In this document: one piece after another, positions 12,650 through 27,060 of the stretch
Layout of the letters: the number at the start of each line of letters is the position of its first letter
How positions within the stretch are numbered: the stretch's first letter is position 1
From: Schizochytrium sp. TIO01
Taxonomy: Eukaryota; Protista; Bigyra: Labyrinthulomycetes
NCBI GenBank assembly: GCA_004764695.1
Contig: SMSO01000037.1
Coordinates: 410,747-474,746 of the forward strand
DNA length: 64,000 nt
Direction: 5' to 3'
Notes under the pieces: model-generated
The model's input: only the letters and a program-made list of their open reading frames with translations
Databases searched by the model: none
Told to the model about the DNA's origin: nothing
Translations under genes and position numbers: made by a program

Positions 12650-13836
12650 AATAAAAACTTTGAATCAAACGGCTGCGCGTTTTGAAGGATCTTGAAGAAA
12701 CCAGGATGATAAATAAATATCAAGGTACCTGAAGAAGAGGCGATGAAGTATAGCACTGCAGGCTCTTGAAACTTAGGAAAGCAAGTAGTATCTTCAAGCA
12801 GCAGGTACCTATAGTTTATTTTACGCAACTTGTTCAGAATGGAAACAGAAAAGGCACCAGGATTGTATCAACTTCTTTTCATCACGGCAGCTTTGGTTGT
12901 AAGCAAATGCATGGCTCACTTATTCTAATCTAAGATGGTGCCTGCTTACGGAGGTACTAACTAACCAGTTAGTAAATAGGGGACAAATGCCCAGCTGAGG
13001 GCAAGAATCTCTGCGCGTCCCTGCTGTGCTCAGGCTCGTCAACGCTACACTCGATCTGACTCAGCGCGCAATCAGCTCCTTTGTCGTTCTTGAGTTTTGA
13101 GGGGCCGGCTGGCTGTCTGTGTGTCTGTCTGTCTGTCAGTCAGCGAGAATCAATCGTTGGCAGCAAAGGTTTTCTTTCTTTTGTTTGTTCTGTTTCTGGA
13201 GTTCCCGAGATGCTGACGATTCGCTTGCACAGCTTGCTTAGCCTGCCACAAGTTGAGCTGAGGGCTCTCGCTGCGCTTGCACGACGCCCAGGCTGTTGCC
13301 GGGTCCAGGACGCTCGCCACGGCTCGCCCCGGCTGCCGCCAAGAGGCGGCGAGGGGAAAGTTGAGCTTTTCTCCGAGTCGCGTCGGGGCTTAGGCGAAGA
13401 AGATGCGCGATGAACCATGTAAAGTGCCAAGAGGAGGAGAACCAACCACACACACTGAAGGCAAAGGAGACACCTGTTCTCACCAAAAAGCCACGTCCTT
13501 GCCGGCGAGAAGCAGCTCAGCTCCGAGATCGTGCCATCCGCAGTGCCGTCAATCGGCATGTGCTTGGCAGCAGAGGCGGTGTCTGCCTCGAAGTCGATCG
13601 CCAAGCGATGCAGCTTCAAAGGCCGCTCCTCCTTCTCGCTACGGAAGTTGCCACGCATAGTCCCGAGAACCGAAGTTGGTGCAGGGTGCAGCTACCTCGG
13701 TAGGAGTTCGTACGAGAGCCCATTGCCGGGGGAGTCCATTGCCAAGAGCCCTGGCTTCGATTTCAATCAAGGCTGCTTCGCTTGTTGGTTTTACCTTACC
13801 TACTCTCGAAATCCAAATTCCTCGACTCGAAGGCAC
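12650..13836 (-). mobile_element. Fossil Ty1/copia pre-integrase/integrase/SH3 remnant
   Basis: IWISRVGKV (WHxRLGH-like), RPLKLHRLAID, CGRLSKLCKRIV (NGxAERxNR-like), PKFQEPAVLYFIA..IFIYHPGFFKI. Confidence 0.5.
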
Positions 13837-14459
13837 TCTTTCGGTGGGCGGAGAAATGGATTGAATAATTGCTCAATTAATTGATTGAGTACTCAATTAA
13901 TTAGGTACGCTGATCATCAGTGTTGAATCATCATCGTCGTTGCAACTTGTCGCAGATTTGGTATTTAGGTAGGAGGAAGTACTTCGCTAGATAGCTAGCT
14001 AGCTGGGTGTAGTGGTAGCGTAGTCGTAGTACCGGTGATAGTATTACACCTTCCTTGTCACAAGGAAAGCTTTAGTTTGTTTGTTTGCATGACCAATTAT
14101 GGCACATGATTTTGTGTTCTTCGTTCTCTCTTCTTTCTATTCGACGAATAATGAAGCCAGGTTTATTCAATATTGTTGTTTTGATTTTTAAACCAAATGC
14201 TTTTAAATGCTTTTAATAGCTTTTAAAAGTTAAAATATTAAATAGAACCATAAAAATAGTTTCGTTTCAGACATCTCTCTATTTTAAAATTAATTCTCTT
14301 TTTAATACTCCATAAGTTTTGTTTTGATTTTTCATGAAAGATTTGTTTTGTTTTTAAAGTAATAGTTCTGGGTCAATGAGGCAAAATGATAGATAGTCAG
14401 CGAGGTCTGTCTGTCTGCCTGAGAATGGGAAAAGGGAAGAAACGCTATGTATTGAGAAA

Positions 14460-15520
14460 TGATTCGTTACTATTGTTGTACTCCTCATCTATGGTAAGTA
14501 ATGCACCATCTGTGTTAGTCCGCAGAGAAGCAAACGAACCATCGAAGAAATGTGTGAACAGATAAAGTTTGTTTGACCAACTCTTTGATCTCTGATAGCC
14601 TGAATATTTCATGCTACCTTGCATCTATCAAACCGCATCATAAAGCAGTTTCATTTTGCAATGACAGGGTGGCTTAGGCCTTACAGGGAAGAAGTGCATA
14701 TCAACACAGAAATCTTACAGAGAATAGCAGAGAGGCCGCAAACCGCAGAAACGACCTAGTTGAAAGCAACGTTTAGAAAAACGAAGAGCATTCAGCCCCC
14801 TGCTTCCCTCTCCGCTTAGCAGATAGTCTATTTGTTTGATATTCACCGTCAATTTGCAGGTTTTAAGACTACGAAATGTTGTAAAGTTATGCAGGTACAT
14901 CCGCCAATCTTGCGAATTGCTTGCAGGTGCATCTAAGCTCTAAATATGGGACCCGACAACGTTTCTGCGGAAGCCAATAGAAGGCGGGGTGCCGAACCTA
15001 TCGTTCAAGACTCCACATACCCGCTGAAGAGAACAAACCGCAAGATGGTATTGCAAATTATTGGCTTAATTACTTCATTTTGAGTCCACCGTTGGTCGGT
15101 TATTTCCGGTTGCCGAGTGACTTGGCTGGCTTAAGCATTCATTCGGGTGCTCGAAAATTAGCTGAGCTGAGCAAGTATTATGATAGGTTCTCTCGCTTGT
15201 CACCTGTGCTTAATTTCTGTGGACGAATTCGCTAGTTTGCAGCACCGAATGATGAGTAGGAAGGAGGATTATTCATGCCAATGTTGTCAAGACATCTTCA
15301 ATGTAACGAACGATCAAGGCTTGTGAAACGAGGCAGCGAAGATCGCAATGCTGGACTCTTGGCCGCAGACCAACTGACTTTCCTGACTCGCTGACTAGCT
15401 GGATAACTAGTGGGAGAGTCTTCCTTTCTTCTTTGGGGCTGCAGCGAACTTCTTTAAACCCCAATAATTTCGGGCAAAGTTCTTTCGCGGCACCCGCAAC
15501 TTCGATGGGACATCTCACCG
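14460..15520 (-). mobile_element. Fossil Ty1/copia RT-RNase H remnant
   Basis: HCDLRCLVSQALIVRYIEDVLT (YVDD), VNIKQIDYLL, FFPVRPKPPC (tRPD), THFFDGSFASL..DGALLTI (RH first Asp). Confidence 0.6.
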
Positions 15521-16319
15521 GATTCCTGGGCTTTTCAACTTTTTTTCTATTTCTTCTCTTAATCTCTCGGTTTTATTTCTTCTTTTCTTTTATTATCTTT
15601 TCTTTTTCGAAGTAGTTTTTTTTAATAACTTCCTGTAAGTTTAAATTCATTTTTATTTCTTTAATAATTTTCAGTACTCAATGCTTTAAACTCTTCATAA
15701 TTTCGCTTTTTTCTTTTTTCTCTTTTTAATTAAAAACGTTTCAAGATAGACCACTTTGAATTGTTTATTTGTTTATTTGTTTGTTTGCTTTTGCTTTTAC
15801 TTTTGCTTTTCTCTCGAAGGAGGAAAAATAAAAGTGTCACTCAGTCGGGAAGAAGAAGTTGTGATTTTAAGACGAAAAAGAATTATTCTCGGGAATAACG
15901 CGTCGACCCGCGTATGCCATCTCCAGGTCATGAGTGAAAGAAGCCTTAGGAAAGCTCTGGGTTCTGGAGCGCACGACTAGGCTTTGGAGAAGCTGTCATG
16001 CTCTGGTAAAAACTGTTTTCTCACAACACGCATTGAGGCCAAACTGGTACAATAACTCAATGTTTTTAAATTAAGATGAACTGTGAACCATCTGTCTTGA
16101 AAGAGCAGCATTAGAAGCCATCCATCCTCTAGTTCATTTGGTTTTCCATTCTTTTTTCTTATAAATTAATAACTTAAGTAAGAATCCATAGCTCAAACTA
16201 TTTTTTTTATTTTTGGTAGGTAAGAAAAACAAAAATAGTTTCTCAAGTTTCCAACTTTTGAGGGTTTGAAGGCCCCTCTCTGTTAGTGTTAGTTAGTTAG
16301 TTAAGAACCTTGTTGGCGT

Positions 16320-17900
16320 GGACCTTGTTGACACTATGGCGTTGCAAATTGATTGTCGTTCGCACCAGTTCACGACATCCAAGTCGATGAACTAAGTCAC
16401 GACAATGACTTAAGTCAGGTTCGCTAGAGAAAGAGTGAATGCCGATTCGCCCCCATCATAAATTACTCACGCAGACGCTTGTGGATCCATATAGAACAGA
16501 GAGGATCTTTGGCGGACGGAATGTCGGGTCCTTAAAACAGTTTGAGCGCCTCAATACACCTCCTCGAAAGATTTGTCTGGCTGAGATTGGTTTTAAGAAG
16601 CAATCAAAGAGCATAGATACTACAGGAGAGCTTGTACTTCGTGCTTTAGAGAGACAGTAGGCAAATTCATCTTAAGGTCGCCCCAGCTTGAAATGAGGCG
16701 TGCGAGCCATGGGTGTAGCTCTGACTTCGTTACCTTAGGCCGGTTCTGATAATGTACTTTCATGTACCAAAAACTTATGGTCACTGGTTAAAGAGCGTTC
16801 CGCAGAAAACATACTACTGAGATAGGCGTATAGTGGTAGTAAGGCTCCAGGTCATCGTTGTTTGCAATACCCTTCACGTCAAAACAAGATTGATTTTCCC
16901 GTAGGAGAATCAAACAAGAAATGTTAATGTGCAGTGAGGCGAATATATTCCTCCAGCTACGAGATTTTGCAGCTATTGTCAGCACATTCCAAATCATCAC
17001 GTAGCTTCAAGATTGGCCACACGATTTCTCTGTCGCAGATTCCTGGGCATTTCGCCGGTCACTCTAGAATGAATGAATTGGTGAGTTTCGGATAGGCTGT
17101 GGAATGCTTGGGAACCTAATAGAAATAGAAAGCTAGATACTGCTGTAATTCAGACATACCGGTGAGAAGGAGTACCGCCGTAGCCCCTAAAGTAGGGGAA
17201 TGTCCCATGCTAAATTTTCCGTGCTTGCTTCTTAGAATAAGTGAAGCGCATGAATTTAGATCTCGAATCATTAGCAAAATTTGGGGCTATCAAATTTTGT
17301 GACGCGAAGACGATTGCTAGACACGAGTGACCCCTTCACAATCTCTACATTCTGCGCGTGCAAATTGTTTATACGGTCGGCAGGATCTTTTGATTGTTCG
17401 CGTCAATCCGAGAGAAGTATTTCTGTTCAATAAATCTTTCCATATGGCTATTTCAAAATGAGTATAATTTGGATTTGTAATTATATGTAAAGAATAGGTT
17501 TCATTTGGATGAATAAAATCAAGTCCAAATCATCACTCACTTTTGTATAGCGGATGTCAATTCCTACTTTATATGTGAAGAGACCCCTCTCATGAAGAAA
17601 TCAATGCGTCTGCTCATCAAAGGGAAATAAGAGTTATATAGGCGCTAAACGTAGTAACAAACCCATCTTTTCTGCTAGCGATCTTTACATCGTCTAAATC
17701 TATTTTGCGTGACCTAAACCTGATTGCGAAAATGGAGCTTCTTAATTCAGTTTCACATTTCAAGATGTCACCATCAAGGCGACTCGACAGTGCCTCATTC
17801 TTTACTTTTTTCTGACTTTTTTTTGGTTTCTCAACATGTAAATTGCTTGAAAGTTATGTCTTCTTCGAAAAAGGCATATCTCGCCTCAGAAGAAGCTCAG
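16320..17900 (-). mobile_element. Fossil Ty1/copia IN-RT remnant
   Basis: FFEEDITFKQFT (IN), PGICDREIVWPI/IWNVLTIAAK, VVCFLRNAL*..FWYMKV..KSELHPWL, DLSHCRDLVHRL. Confidence 0.6.
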
Positions 17901-19049
17901 CAAAGGAGTGCCAAGCTAAGTAGCACCCAAACGACTAGTTAAGTCGCCTATATTCCTTTTGTTCTACGAACTACTTACGAACACAGCAGTTCGGAGAGAG
18001 GAGGCACGGAACATTAGTTCCATTGTACTAATTTCGTTCCATCACCAAATTCATTCAGTCGTTCTCGATCCATCAGCACTGCTCATTTCTTGTCTCGGTC
18101 AGCGCACTTGGCTAAAAATACTAGCAACTACCTATTGCCAGTTAATAACTAACTAGGCATCGCTCCTTTCTTTTTAATGAAAAGTCTTATTCATTATACT
18201 TATTCATAATTATTAAACATTGGTATGAAAATAGGAAACACAAAAACGTTCAAGCCTGAAAGGAACAAGTACCTGGTGAGTGCTTGCTATATATTGATAT
18301 ATATATAAGGGAGGTACTTTGCTCCTTATGTTCGTTCCAGTCTTTTCCATTTATTAGGACAGATTTCTGGATTCACTACTACCGCTTCCTCCTTCGTGTT
18401 TGTTTTAGTATTTTAAAGTAGGTACCTGCCACCATAGTACCTACCTCCCTCTTCGCCAAGACCGGGAGTGATTGATTGTTCTGGCTTGAGTTTATACCCC
18501 AAGATTGCAACCGATCACCTCTGACTAGCTAGCGAGGAGACTAAGTTTATTTTAATTTAACATAAAAATTAATTTCTAAAAAATAAAGAATCTGGGGTCC
18601 CTCACTTTCTCTCCTCTCGCAGCGGTGCACTTCTCATGAGAGTTGATTAACCGGAGATTGCAATCTGTCGCTGAGCCACACAGTTCACGATTCAAGTGTC
18701 CCACTCAGCACCATATACAGAAGTTGGGCAGCCATCACCGCACGCTACCTGCGAGACGGATTGACTTCGACCAGCCAGGCGCCACGAAAGAGCAGGCGCC
18801 CATACGGCCTCAGTAGCAAAATATGGCGTAATGCTTGAAACCCTCTCGCGAAACGTATCTAGATCGTGAATTGAGGCCTTCATCTGTTTTGGCTTATATC
18901 ATCATATGTACCCTCTTTATATTATTTTTTATATTTATTATTAATTTTTATAAGCATAAGCATAATAATACTTTTAAAATGCCTACCTGGTACCTAGCTA
19001 GAGTAGTACGAGTTGGTAATAAACTAAAAGATGGCAACAACTCCACACT

Positions 19050-20260
19050 CCTTCCTTTGGGCATCTCCGTCATCGTGGCGCCAAGGGACAACAGGCGAGG
19101 CGTGAAACAAGCTCGCTTCGGGCCCAAGGAGGGTCTCGAAGGAGCCTTGGAAAAAGTCGCGGGCTTGATCGAGCGTCTAGCCAGCGAACCAGCTACGTTA
19201 CCTGCAGCTAGCTACTAACTGGCTGGTGAATGAGTGAGTGCTCGAAGCAAGTTCTGTGGGCCAAGTCCCTCGCGATCCTTGCTGCCAATCAGCGCACTAC
19301 GCGTCACCTGTTCAGGGTGGGCAGGAAATCGTGGCCTCTGGACCCCAGCACGCTCTTGGCAGCACGCGGATAGTCAGTGAGCGAGCGAGTCAGTCAGTCA
19401 GTCAGTCAGACGCACAGACAGCCGCGAGTGAAGCGCCTCGCCTTTCTCAAGCTTGGGGGTGCCAAACCGAGGTCCGGCGTGGCTCATCCACAAAGGCCTG
19501 CAGCTCTTGGACTATGTAACTAACTAGGTATTGGGAAGGCTGCGTAAGAACCTGGGTTTGCGCAGCGGACATCTCGCGAAGGACGAGGTTGGCTGATGAT
19601 GGAGGTGGAGACGAAGAAGAAAGCTGTGCAGAATATATTGGCTGCCTCGTAGGTAGTCTAGTCACTCATGGCTTTCATGAGTTTGACCGTAAAGTTCGAC
19701 GAGGTGGTACGTAGTTCTTTCTTGCCTCGCGGTGTTCGTCGTTCTTCAAGTTCTTCAGTTCCCTGCTTTTACAAGCTATCGATCAGCCAAGGCTATCGAG
19801 TGGCTCCAAGCTGGAGTTGTTGCCACGCACCTCACGACAATAGCAGAGAACTCGGAGGCGCAAATTCTGCTCTGCACTGAAGCGCTCATGTCGCAGGCAG
19901 GAGTTTCGAGCTCCGTTCCCGTTCGCGGGATATTCATCGTCTTTCTCGTATCAGGAACCAAGTGGAGGATTAATATCGAGCTGCGTTATCGACGTGTAGT
20001 ATCAAGTCCCTCCAAGGCAGGAAGGAAGGAAGCCCAAGTCTAGCAGGCACTCAAGGTTTGGGCAAGCAGGGTAGCAGCCTCAAGTTCTTTGGAGCACTGG
20101 GCAGGGAACGACTATCATCAAAAGAGAAGAACCCACAAATTAGGGCTTGAGTTCGTTCTCTCTGCGTGTGTGTGTATGTATGTCTCTAAGAAACATCACC
20201 CAAGAAAACGAGATTGCCGACATATTCTCGAGCGCTTTCCAAGTGGCAACCGCAGTCTTG
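19050..20260 (+). mobile_element. Fossil Ty1/copia RT-RNase H remnant
   Basis: GVKQARFG..LEGALEKVAGL..LASEP, VRGIFIVFL...RYRRVVSSPSKAG, LRNITQENEIADIFSSAF. Confidence 0.65.
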
Positions 20261-20969
20261 TCTTGGGACTTTGAGCAAGACCTGATGTGCTTTTCCTCTG
20301 CGCTAAGACACCGATCTCGAAGCAAGTGCTACGCAGGAACTGCCTTGCCTTGCATTACCTTGCATTGCGCAACATGGCTTCATGAAAAATGCGCGCGATC
20401 TTCATAGCACTCAACGCTCACTACCGGGGCACAGTTAGTTGCTGCTGGCCAAGCTAACTAATTAGCTAAACAGCTATGGCTAGAGCGTGGGGACAACCCC
20501 GCACCGTTTCAGGCAAATCAGCGGACCAGTGCGTGCGTGAAGCCAGCCGTGTATATGAAGACCGTCCCGGCCATTTCGCTGCGTCTCGAACTCACCTTCG
20601 AGCTCCAAGCTCTTGATCTTAGCCAGCTCCAGCTGCACCGCGAACTGCCGCTGAGCACGCCCTGAGAAACAGGCGAGATATATTCGTCGGCGCTTTCTTT
20701 CTCTGATTCATTCACTTGTCCACACTAGGTTTACCACTGATCTATCTATAACATAGTAGTAATAAAAGTCATAGGTACCATAGACGTATCTCGGGTGGGT
20801 ACATTGCTTCCTTTCCTTCTTTCTTTCTTTCTTACTTTCTGTGGAGTGAGCGAGTCCTTGAAATTCACATATATAAATATATATATATATATATTTATAC
20901 ATACAAAAGCTCAGGGGGAGGCACTCCGAAAGCGAGAAAGATAAGCAAAACGCCACGATTACCCGGGGC

Positions 20970-22602
20970 GAGTGAATCGGAGAGAGCTGGTGCTACACTT
21001 CGATCAGCCTCTTGTCTACCTCTTGCTGCCTATCGAGGCGTCGCTAGCTTGGATCAGCGGCGCCTTCTTCTTCTCGGGCGTCGTCCTTGTTTGCTCCATT
21101 CAGTTATCATCACATCAGCACGGAGGCCGGGACGAGATGAGTGCGTCCCTAAACACGTTTGTGGCGGATGGTGCGGCTAGCACCCTATTACTTGTTACGG
21201 TAGCAATGGCCAGGGTCAATCTCGAGGGGACTGAGATTGGGATCTTGAAAGAACAGAACAAACCCAATTACTATTTTGTATTTTCAATACTTACTTACTA
21301 CTTATCGCTACACACTCCTAATCTATTTTGTTTCAAATTAATATTTTTATTTTTATTTTATTTTTAAACCTTTGAAAAGTAGAAGTCGAGCTCGGGAAAA
21401 AGAAGAAACTGGAACTGAGATTGATTGCAAAGAACAGAAAAGGACAGACTTCGAAGTTTTGGAGTTTTTCAAGACGATGGACAAACGATTGCATAGATGA
21501 ATGAATAGATGAACGCCTCCAAGCGAATCCGAGCTGCTCGCGGCGGTTGCTGAGCGTGGGCGTCTAACCGGCAGCGAGCGAGGGTGTATACGTTTATACA
21601 TATATATACATACACCCAACGCCCTCAGCGGAAGCGGATTGGCTGGTGGCTTCAGGCGGTGGCTGTAGCAGCGTGAGATTCAACTTGCCGCGAGCTGAGG
21701 GTATCGTAGTACTAAGTTAGACTTGGCTGTGTTGTGTGTATGAACTGCTCCCACCAGTGGAGGGGTAGCGTCTATCTAGCGCATACAATAGCAGTGCTGG
21801 AAGCGAGCGGCCTATTTTTAAAGGCTTAGAGAAATCAAAGTTTTGCCATTCATGCACAATGCACTGTGTGCTGGGGGCGTAGGAGAGTGCTAGGATTAAA
21901 GGTAGGTCGCCGGTTGTGCCTGTTTGGCGCTCGCAATTTCTCATTGGTGGCGATATTTGGAGTTCCAAAGAAGCTGCTGTGATAGAGGATAGTTTTGGCA
22001 GACTTGGAGGGATTTGCTGTTTAGGAGCTGATGAGGGAACTTACGATTTTTTACTTTAGCTGGAGATCAGCGATGAAGTTGTTGGTTTTGGTTGGTGGGT
22101 TTTTCGTGTAGTTTAAAAGCTCGGTACTGGATGAAGGTCAAGTTATCTTGATGGTTACTTGCATTTCATTTTTATTTTATAACTACTTTATTTTACTTTT
22201 CACTTTAGAAGAATAATTTATAATAACACTTTTGAAACAACTTCAGTTTTTCACGATTTTGTTCACTTTTGTTGTTAAGTTAGTCTTTATATTATTTTTA
22301 TTTTAAAATAAGACCTGCAGGGAAAGTGCGAAACAATAGAAAAACGGAAAAAGGAAAAAAGGAAAAAAAAAAAAAAAAGGGGGAAAAAGCCAACAACAGC
22401 GGAAACAGTGATTAGCAAGAAACGACCAGGCACCACAGCTTCCTGGCTGCATTTCATTACTCATCCTCCGCCCACCTCTTCACGTTGGAAATCTCAAGCC
22501 TCACTCTTTCGCGCGCGCGCGGCACAGCTACGCTCCTATTGCGAGAGAGCTGGCCAAAGTGAGGCCTGGCTGATCTTGTTGGCTGCCATTCGAAGAAAAT
22601 AG
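20970..22602 (+). mobile_element. Fossil Ty1/copia RT-RNase H remnant crossing two AT islands
   Basis: NTFVADGAASTLLLVTVAM, GLEKSKFCHSCTMHCV..VPVWRSQFLIGG..CLGADEGTYDFLL, TTASWLHFI..SRWKSQASL..SEAWLILL. Confidence 0.6.
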
Positions 22603-23021
22603 AAGCCTGCAAATCTCCTTCGTCCCGCAAAAAAGAATAAAAAAGAATAAAAAACTTTAAAAAATCTGAGAATACTGCAATACTCTGTCCCCTCCAAATA
22701 GGCAGGTGGCGAGGGTAAATACTATACAAGGTAGAAAGACAGTAAGAAGTTTTTAAGATTCCGGGAGACTAAAACGCATATTTACACTTTTTTTTATTTA
22801 TCCATTCATTCACTCACTTTCAAAATGACTTAAATCAACTTTCGAATATTTTCACGTAAAAATAAAAGTAGATATAAAATTATAAAAAATATATATATAT
22901 TTTATATGTTTTAGAACGCGTTTTAATTGGAACATTTGTTTACAATGTGTAGTACTTTTCTTTTTCAACAGCCCCTATTCAGTCATGGCGGTAGTTCTTT
23001 TTCTTTTCTTTTAAATGTCCA

Positions 23022-23574
23022 TCAGAATAAAAGTTTCAATCCTTGTAGGTAACCTACTTGGTAGGTAGGGAAATAGCCATTTCTTGGATTTACAACTAAG
23101 TTCGTTTCCTTCTTTGAAGTTCTCGCGTTAAGAAGCGAGTTTCTCTTACTCTTTCCAGCGCGAGAACCCTCGATACCAAAGGTACCTACTTCGCATTGCA
23201 TGAAAATATTAAAGAAAAACCAAGCACTGCGTACCTCCATAGACGATTGGTGGACGCGCTTCCCTTTCAAAGGTCTTCAAAGGTTTTCAAAGGTTGCCTG
23301 GTTAGTTAGTCACTCGCTTAGTTAGTTACTTATTCACGATTCGATGTTCATTCTTCGGAGAGGAAGTACATTTCCGCTGTTCACCTTCCAACGTGACGAC
23401 TATTGAGTGATCAATTGACTTTAATTGATTCACTACGCCGATTGCAACTCCTGAGCCATAGCGACCGAAGAGGATGCGAACATAGTACCAGGAACAGTGC
23501 CTGGAGGGCCTCCGGAATCCAGAGTTCTTCAGCTCATCGCAGCCCCTACGATCAATCGAAAGCAATCTAAGCAA
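23022..23574 (-). mobile_element. Fossil Ty1/copia RT fragment
   Basis: ELKNSGFRRPSRHCSWYY (L..GF..s..Dpcly) followed by VRSAWFFFNIFMQCE. Confidence 0.45.
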
Positions 23575-23999
23575 TCAATCAATCAATCAAGAAAGGATGG
23601 ATAGCTACTAGTAGCTGCCTACTGCCTGCTAGTGCTCCGCCAATGGCCTACTCTCTACTCTAACTTCGAAGAAGTGGAAGCAAAAAGAAAAGTGGCTTGT
23701 GTTAGTTACTTGGTTAGTTAGTTAGTAGGAGACGTATGCTCTTTGGTTCAGGAGTTGGTCTGATCGCGGTGTGTGCCCTACTTTCGGGACTTGCCAAGTC
23801 TCAAGTCTCTAATCGGTCTCACTTGGGACCGCAGGTTTCTTTCGTTCTTTTGTTCTTCTGTTCTTCTGTTCTTCCCATTGAACAAGAAGCGCTGCCTATA
23901 GCTAGCTAGCTAGCTAGCTGCAGTAGTACCAGCACTTTCATCATCGCCATGGACTTAGAAGTTGATTTGATTTGAGAAAAGGTGACTATCATGGGGTTA

Positions 24000-26900
24000 G
24001 AGATTCATTATGATCGTGCACCTGATTTGCGAAATGCATGAAGGCGAGGGGCTTGTGAGACTCTATTTGAAGCACTACCTTGGCATGTACCAGGTTCTAG
24101 AGATTGAACCTACCCTGTAAGAATAGGGAATGAGCTGCAAGAATCTAAGAGAGTTGATCTCTGCTAAAGAAGGCACTCTCGGTATCTTGCAGCCTGATTT
24201 GGGATAGAATCTTGGCCGCATATCATTCGATATTTTAGAGATTGAGCACTATCTCAAAGGATTGAGAAGCTCATTTGATGCGATAATGAAGATGAGCGCA
24301 GAATGCACATATGGCGTGCCTGGACATATAAGACTTGCCGTAAACCTCTAGAGCCACCCATCGAAATTCCAGCCTGAGTCCGCCTTGCAGAAAATAAAAG
24401 AGAGATGAAACTATAGCTAGTGACAATTCATTTCGCAAAGGTGAAGCTTCATAGTTTCAGAAGAGGGACTGTCGCTGAATACCTATTCATCCGACTCCCG
24501 TACAGAGCATATTTTGTTTCAAAGTTATTTGCGAACAAGGGAATAGAAGAGTGTTCCTTTTACGGTAGAGTTATTTCATGGCAACTGCCATGTCTCATCT
24601 TGAAAATGCAAATGTTGCTTTATATCCATTGGTTATTGCTCATCCATCTCAATGGGTCATCGTAATTGCACGTCAAATACGCGGTTTTGGAGTATAGGTG
24701 AAGGTTAGACTTGTTAGAGCTCGATCGTCTGTTTCTTCATTTGTTGTCAAGTTATATACACCTTTACTAAGTTTTAGAGCATGTATAAATGTAACCAAAC
24801 ATGTGGTATGAAATGGTTTCTCAGAACTGTCGTAAGCTGAATGTATCGTTCAAAAGGGAACATCTTGACGCAACCTGTACATCACTGCAAGCTATATAAA
24901 TTGAATTAAAATAAAACCACTGCTACTACAACCTATATAATTATAAAACTTCATAAATTCTCTAGAAAAGAGTCTACATTTATTTGATCCTCGGTTGCAC
25001 CAATTTTGGACTGTCCGAGATCAATCAAACGGATTTCACGTGCACTGCTGGTAACAAAAAAAAGCAGTGCGATGTTTCTACAAGCCATGACAAGACTGTG
25101 CACTGCCCCGAGTTTCTGATGTGCTTCATCTCATATTCCAATGGTGATCTTGCCAGAAGTGAGAGAATCAAGCGACCTGGCTTCACAACCAACAGCTATG
25201 ATCAAATAATTACAAACAGTAGTCGTCGTGAAGGAAAACGGAAGAAAGTACGGCATATAGGCCGAGTGACAATCATAACATTTCTGAACACCGCCCTACA
25301 GTGTCATTTACATTTCCTCCCTGTCGAGACTCGACTTCAGGGGTTATCACCTTCATAATGGTGAGCAGTTCTTAGGGAAAGGAAAAGGAGTACGTACATG
25401 TCTCAAAGGATCACCAGATGGATGACCTTGACCACCTCAACGAAAATTGAACAGATTTTAACCTATTTTAACAGCATCATCAGTACTGTCAGACTCACCA
25501 TGTTCATTACTACCGCCACATCTACTCCGGGTGATCATCTTTCCTAATTTCTTGATAGTGCTCTTGGTTTTGCTACTCACCTATTCAGGAGAGTAGAATC
25601 TTGTCAGTGTGTCATGAATTTCTTTCCAAGCCGGATTACTCTGAAAGCCAGGAACTCTTCCAGTTTCAATCAGCATGTCTTTGTCGAGTCGTTGGAGAAA
25701 AATACCTTGGCCACAAAAAATCGAAGGGTCCTTTGGAGAATTTGTGTCGAAATGTATGGCTAAGGAAATATGGATGTCATGCTGTGCAAATTCGATCTGT
25801 CTGCATTATACAGAAATTGTTTTGAAGGCATGATATTTGCTATGTACGAAAATTTAGACATCGCTAAAGGTTTCATATAAAAATACAAAGTAACAATGTC
25901 AATTGAATATTCACAAACGAGAGCACGTAAGAGTTAATCGCTCATGGAACACTGGTCAGAGTAAAAATATCATGCGTTTTTTATTATATTCATCGCAGAC
26001 ATTCAAGAGTTGAAGCATGAGGTATTTTCATATGCTCGGGAGCACCAGAGATGGAAGGAATTAGCCTGTGCACTAATCAGGAGATTTGCCTGTCTACTGT
26101 TAACAAAATCCCTCCGTCTCAACACTGAATTAGTTTTCGAATAGAAGTTCTGCTCCATAATATGATAAGCTTCCTCAAGCACTTCGATGATGTTCGAGTC
26201 TTTACTGCTCCCAATCCATGATCTTTGCAAACGACCTTTTGTATTGCGTATCTCGTTAATATTAGCCGAATTCTGGTTGCTCTAAACATGCATCCCCGTA
26301 TCAAAACCTGAATAGCCACTGGTAATACAGAGGTGTCTGTCGCAACGCTTTTTGCATTACTGTTGCTGGTAGTGAATTTCTCGTATGATCTTCTCCCAAT
26401 TCCCTCCGTGCCCTAGACTGTTCAAGGTAATACATGAGCTCCTCCATTATACTGTGTTGCCAACATTTTATTTACGCTCACGTTCGGTTATAAAATTAGT
26501 AGTTGTAGTATGTCTGCCCGGAAATGAAGAATATGGTGCAAGTTATTTGATTTTTAGTCCAATATGTATGCATCTGAAAACCTAGTGATATAAATAATAT
26601 TATGACAGAAAGAACTAGCAAATGGCATTCAGTTAATTAGAAGGAACTTGAAGATACATATTCTTAGTTGCTCGTCCATACCTTATAGAGGCATTTCTCG
26701 TACTCTTCAAAGGTTTCGTCCTTGAGATGTCTCTGATTGGATGTTCAGCAGCCAAGTTGCAGCAGTCATTTAAATGTGGAGATTGCTCAATTCCTTGGGC
26801 TGCATGGTCAACTTGAGCTAATAGCTATATAGTTCACGGGCGGCTAGGAAGGGGCTTGTAGATCACAAGGTTGGCTAAGAGCTATGAGGTTGTAGGTTCG

Positions 26901-27060
26901 CATACGAACTTTTGTTGAGTGAAATATGATGCTGCCTCTATGCTTTAGCGATGCTTCGACCGTTAAATGAGTTTCCAGGGCACATCATCGTTATAATTCT
27001 CTTCAGAAGAAGAATAAATCAATTGTGACTTATTATTGTTATTTTTAATGTCATGGATTT
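24000..27060 (-). mobile_element. Decayed LTR-retrotransposon gag-(PR)-integrase 5' portion
   Basis: Long frame with scattered stops; SVLRRRDFVNSRQAN (gag-like), KCYDCHS zinc-knuckle remnant near 25280, later WVALEVYGK, IE*YAAKILSQIRLQD, VQSLEPGT (IN-like). Confidence 0.5.

Noticed and set aside
14900-16320. One element split by a 1.4-kb insertion
   Set aside because: Both sides carry their own copy of the same RT motifs, so they are separate remnants.
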